A DNA stretch of 64,000 nt from Candidatus Peregrinibacteria bacterium CG11_big_fil_rev_8_21_14_0_20_46_8 (GTDB lineage: Bacteria; Patescibacteriota; Gracilibacteria; UBA1369; UM-FILTER-53-11), in assembly GCA_002796025.1 (NCBI GenBank), contig PCVQ01000003.1, positions 2,238 through 66,237 of the forward strand. The letters are read 5' to 3'. Of this stretch, positions 62,101-64,000 are shown piece by piece. Made by a program: the position numbers and the translations under genes. How positions within the stretch are numbered: the first letter of the stretch is position 1; each line of letters opens with the position of its first letter. The notes under the pieces were generated by a model that had not been told where the DNA came from, made no database searches, and worked only from the letters and a program-made list of their open reading frames with translations.

Positions 62101-64000
62101 TTGATCATCTCCTGCGAACTCTTCGACTGCATTTGTACCAATACGGATACTTACACTTGATCCCGCGCTAATTCCGCTTGATGAATTTAATTGAATGGTG
62201 ATGGCATTGTTGCTTACCGATACGCCGTCTTCTGTTGTTGAGGCAAAGCTAGAGAGTGATCGCGAAATTCCGTCAACAAGCAGGTCAATGTCGGTATAAT
62301 CTAAAAAGCCGCTTTGGCTAAAACTTGGATCAAGCGTTATGGCGATATATCCATCGGCCGGGATCGCATTGACTGTAGTAAATGCCAGGGTATGATTTGC
62401 CGGTTGAGATGTTTCGGACGTGCTGAGCGTATCACTGAGCGTACTGGAAAGATCACCAATGCCAGCATTGATAGTAACCGTTGTGGAGCCGCTATCGAGA
62501 TTGCTGGAGCTCGCATTTTGTGTCTGTATGCTTGTTGTTTTTGAGCCTGATGTGCTCGGTGTAGTATACTGAAGATCTCCGAATGTTTCTGAGCTTGCAT
62601 TCGTACCAACACGCAACTCTACATTTGATCCTGCAGAGATGCCAGTCGATGAATTAAGCGCAACGATAATTGTGTTGTCGATTATTGCGACACCATCATT
62701 TGTACTATCCGCACTTGCTGCCAAGTTGCGTTCGAAAAAATCTACAGCAAAATCTACATCGGTATAATCCATACCCGATGCAGGTACGAAGCCGCTGTCG
62801 AGTGTATACACAATTGTACCTCCGGCAGGAATTGCATTCACGGTATTAAAAGAAATCGTCATATCTGTGGATGTCGATGCATCTGAGCTTGAAAGTGTAT
62901 GCGAAAGCGTACTAGTTACATCGCCGGGATTAATGACTGCCGAAGTAATATCAATAGTTGTATTGCCTGAATCAAGTGTGCTTCCGAGGCTGTCTTGAGT
63001 TACTACTAGAGTATTATAGGTGCTTGCGGAACTAGGATTCGTATATTGAGCATCTCCGCTTCCGCCATAAATTGAGCTGAGACCGATGGTTATCTCTACT
63101 GCGGATGCCGCAGGAATTGGGCTCGAGCTTTGGAGCTCAATGGTAACCGTATTGCTGTCAATTGTTACGGCGTCGACAAAGCTGCCTGCTGGTGCACCAC
63201 CGAGGTCGCGGCTGCTTAAGTCTACTAATAAATCAACATCTGTATAGTCTAATCCTAATCCGGCAGTAAACCCTGGATCAAGCGTAATAACTATGTAACC
63301 ACTTGCCGGTATCTCGGCAATAGTGGTGAAGTTTATTCGTATGTCCGAGGCCTCACCCGAAGTGGTGCTATCGATATTCGTATGCGTAAGTGTACCGGAA
63401 ATATCACCGCCTCCAACGGCTTCAGTAATTGTTTCGGTATAATTTGCGCTGTCCATTGATACACCAAAATTATCGTAGGTTGTAACGCTATTAATGTAGT
63501 CACCGGCAACGCTAGGATTATAAAGGAGGGTATCGCCAATTGATCCCGAAGTCGCATTTGTGCCAATGCGCACTTCTACGGATTGTCCGCTGGTAATACC
63601 AGTGGTGTCGCTCATTTGTATTGTTATAGTTGGGAAGGAAATACTTACTCCATAATCGGAAGTGCCCGGAAATGATGCGAGTGATTGTTGTACGTCATCA
63701 ACCAACACATCGATATCATCGATGCCGATGAAGTCTGTATCCGCATAGCCATTTGCAAAAGTAATTTCAAAAAAGCCGCCGGCTGCGGGAATATCTTGAG
63801 TGGGCCAGAAGCTAATGCTGTGGTTTGTTGCAGCACTGGTGGTGGTATCATCCGGTATAGAAGTGACTGAGAATAAAACTACTTCATTAAGTATGCTTGC
63901 TGTAGCGCTGCCGGTTTCGAGTTGCGCCGAAAATTCATCGTACGTTGTGACATCAACTGTTGTATCTCCTTCGAGCGAAGGGTTATAAAGGCTTGCATCG
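56110..64000 (-). CDS. giant cell-surface protein (>2629 aa; N-terminus beyond the window edge): tandem ~160-aa modules, SbsA/Big-type Ig domains, carboxypeptidase-regulatory/Cna-B-like domains, C-terminal TM anchor
   Basis: The frame stays open from the track start (GTG at 63708) to nt 63999 and continues the repeat pattern (NHSISFWPTQDIPAAGGFFEITF...IDDIDVLVDD). The C-terminus is AAAVLVILTAATCFYV followed by KRRNRRHAKHHR. Confidence 0.9.
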   Translation of the reverse strand, partial: DASLYNPSLEGDTTVDVTTYDEFSAQLETGSATASILNEVVLFSVTSIPDDTTTSAATNHSISFWPTQDIPAAGGFFEITFANGYADTDFIGIDDIDVLVDDVQQSLASFPGTSDYGVSISFPTITIQMSDTTGITSGQSVEVRIGTNATSGSIGDTLLYNPSVAGDYINSVTTYDNFGVSMDSANYTETITEAVGGGDISGTLTHTNIDSTTSGEASDIRINFTTIAEIPASGYIVITLDPGFTAGLGLDYTDVDLLVDLSSRDLGGAPAGSFVDAVTIDSNTVTIELQSSSPIPAASAVEITIGLSSIYGGSGDAQYTNPSSASTYNTLVVTQDSLGSTLDSGNTTIDITSAVINPGDVTSTLSHTLSSSDASTSTDMTISFNTVNAIPAGGTIVYTLDSGFVPASGMDYTDVDFAVDFFERNLAASADSTNDGVAIIDNTIIVALNSSTGISAGSNVELRVGTNASSETFGDLQYTTPSTSGSKTTSIQTQNASSSNLDSGSTTVTINAGIGDLSSTLSDTLSTSETSQPANHTLAFTTVNAIPADGYIAITLDPSFSQSGFLDYTDIDLLVDGISRSLSSFASTTEDGVSVSNNAITIQLNSSSGISAGSSVSIRIGTNAVEEFAGDDQYTNPVSASTYTTTVTTQNNVTATTIDTGSTTNTITTVNSIAVTDSAPDDTESANTNHTLSFTTTSKIPAGGHIIVAFDSSFTPEFGLDYTDVDLTVNGSPRTLAATASTSEDGVSITGTTFDIELNSSTSINAGMPVDITIGLNALEGATGDRQMTNPATAGDYTITITTQNDAGSKLDEGSTTMVITTASSTGTLTVTTTSSNTAAGEGSNWTFGFTTVNDIPASGQIIVVFAPDFENNDFTFSSALDAGDVDLLVTDSHRKLAATATSTEDGVTFTSPNVVIIDLNSTTGISAGSAVEIRIGAHANKGALGDAQIINPPIEDNVLIAIATIQADQATTIDQGVSSLGIGPPFSSSTYTFTGFIDYVPPPYVTGTVPFHGGNIAENGSLIISFSVPLDSNALQTENFRLFALNSFGETTGSNLLTSTSGWTTTSSGQTTRVRIPLPESVTSGNTYTLEIQGDNDTDPRNGSCGFGLPEACVVSNRGIALEREYQLDFSTAANDSTGPQIESSYPQEGATVDRRISDMIVTFNEPIDGTRFFQSFSSGGSVTNLNVGLSLYLDNGDSTFDRHDDTLVTNTSGLIEGDGRAVHVYPNALLAANSTYFLVTNPYNSAWGIADAAGNAATQQTITFTTNGLIDGSANDTTAPSVTSINGDNDSITVYLSEPMPFDAAKNYENSTSSGSSDVNNFNNWTIETSFDDGQSWNVHTPFDQVSVVYDPIALKVKFSGIGMPPLSLFRVTPSTFLVDYAGNAMDSASNTLQAIVNDINDANYDYAGTNLDGTTTTDGTDWYNWGISPVNTWSESNVAGATTKYWFYFEAGTTIPENGTIELAFPSGFTFPSSCNTWSTTDFANTDINGWHDGTVTVASISCDSSTRKVTITINGTDINAGDFLEFNFPVTNSPVAKDYNTTGYTIDITTKNSGGTTLETKTTMPFFILAAGSSTISGYVFVDDGASGGTAGDKLPNGGEARVESAKVCLSGPTGYECKTTDADGYYTFPNLYDNSYYFINMELPTNSSYLASNTFKDIYLASGESANNSNFTVSAVSSQNILDVYLSGGSGLANKKVDVYAFRLGDVNERTETFHGGDASTTQNGSFAAEEFGSNFGGYIPPKTVTLNGSGIGTTTLSLAKGKWMINVGPSFSGTSQTVDFVPPAPEEVVVTSQGVVDKCTSGSGATDNELCFTITAATYQIKGKVVDGNGAAIKSAYVNAHPLNFGEQSFWGGFAQSDTNGLFTINVTPGTYDLHAFKPGMPESNFMECDVKDNESTSDGNSTADVYCDSEFIENNVGGFSSATLSGTANEDDLVLVIAKPDTSVSGKVLDDAGNAISYSYVTANQVNADGEPIGGWTGASTDANGNYTLFVSGGTSGSPKRWKISAFAQSSCGAMPSITVSVVAGTNLTSKNIQSQSDSCVTISGTVYIDSNGNNSVDSGEGAGNSFVNAWSDTTGGYNSAFTSSDGTYTMQLAAGSGYNVEGFIPSQGPTQSLSSQTYSSNTTGVNLKTAKTGTVVVYACTLNDPDSDPSASNGCASNTVSDGWVSAFDSSGRSTGTSSSDPGVYEFSVPEGTYTIEGNHHAIGFLGQKENVSITGGATTYVNFSQSETYSISGTVSSTSTSCVGGAAVYIYDGDTGRSATTEVNDDGTWSIANVPEGSFAVTATKAGCTDSEEPSTVTIDGASASGIERVLVRANATITGRVWKDDDSDGTLDTTENVNSDTVVQASLENGQTTIANVDLAASDSASTNYTLSLTPGTWTITAIGDGFKSASTTVTLAEGDATTQNLELLAIAGYTRREQRTQTLQPSRGAVVRDAGVEINFPAGALGNSQNNDGSVVVKETTAVPQSTSTYQVIGGKGIEVTSTVNGQPVTTLQTSGGSAATISMTYADSDIPSDTTEAEWVRTIKVCSFKKNSQNCTPLPTTCDIATNTCVGKLSSLSKFTLVAAREPGDTVTSPHKLLAKRAEPEVAAAVLVILTAATCFYVSQSKRRNRRHAKHHR

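Overview
This is a gene-dense 64-kb chromosomal window from a small-genome bacterium using the standard genetic code: TGA, TAA and TAG all end recognisable genes. Gene content suggests a CPR/Patescibacteria- or Peregrinibacteria-like organism, but that is inference only. The pointers are a VirB2/TrbC-like mini-pilin, a stand-alone ComEC MBL domain, giant surface proteins and sparse biosynthesis.

I support about 60 protein-coding genes. Housekeeping genes include guaA (5' truncated), murI, ybeY, murB, ppdK, gdh, dnaJ, ahcY, metK, murA, argS, rpiB, msrB and ung. There are seven tRNA genes, all with encoded CCA: Tyr-GTA, Thr-TGT, Pro-TGG, Lys-TTT, Glu-CTC, Ser-CGA and Ser-TGA. I see no rRNA, CRISPR array, transposase or integrase.

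Accessory content is mostly cell-envelope genes:
- A 1586-aa SLH-anchored giant protein, followed by TPR, FN3, TSP3 and O-antigen-ligase-like genes.
- An LPETG-anchored FN3 protein.
- A surface protein of more than 2629 aa that runs off the 3' window edge. It has at least 6 modules of about 160 aa and a C-terminal membrane anchor.
- A string of exported redox or metal-related proteins, including a split DipZ (CcdA plus Trx) and a Met-rich repeat lipoprotein.

The best candidates for something undescribed are:
1. The locus at 50678-55651. It holds two paralogous cytoplasmic Cys-rich multi-zinc-ribbon proteins of about 545 aa, one interrupted by a single in-frame TAA. They bracket a divergent TrmB-type regulator with a palindromic operator candidate and a lipoprotein.
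2. The 785-bp ORF-poor, stem-dense spacer at 2960-3744. It contains a 13-nt anti-Shine-Dalgarno (16S 3' tail) sequence held in a helix, competing hairpins, and a 43-codon ORF that ends at an intrinsic terminator.

All functional calls come from reading motifs by eye; no database search was run.
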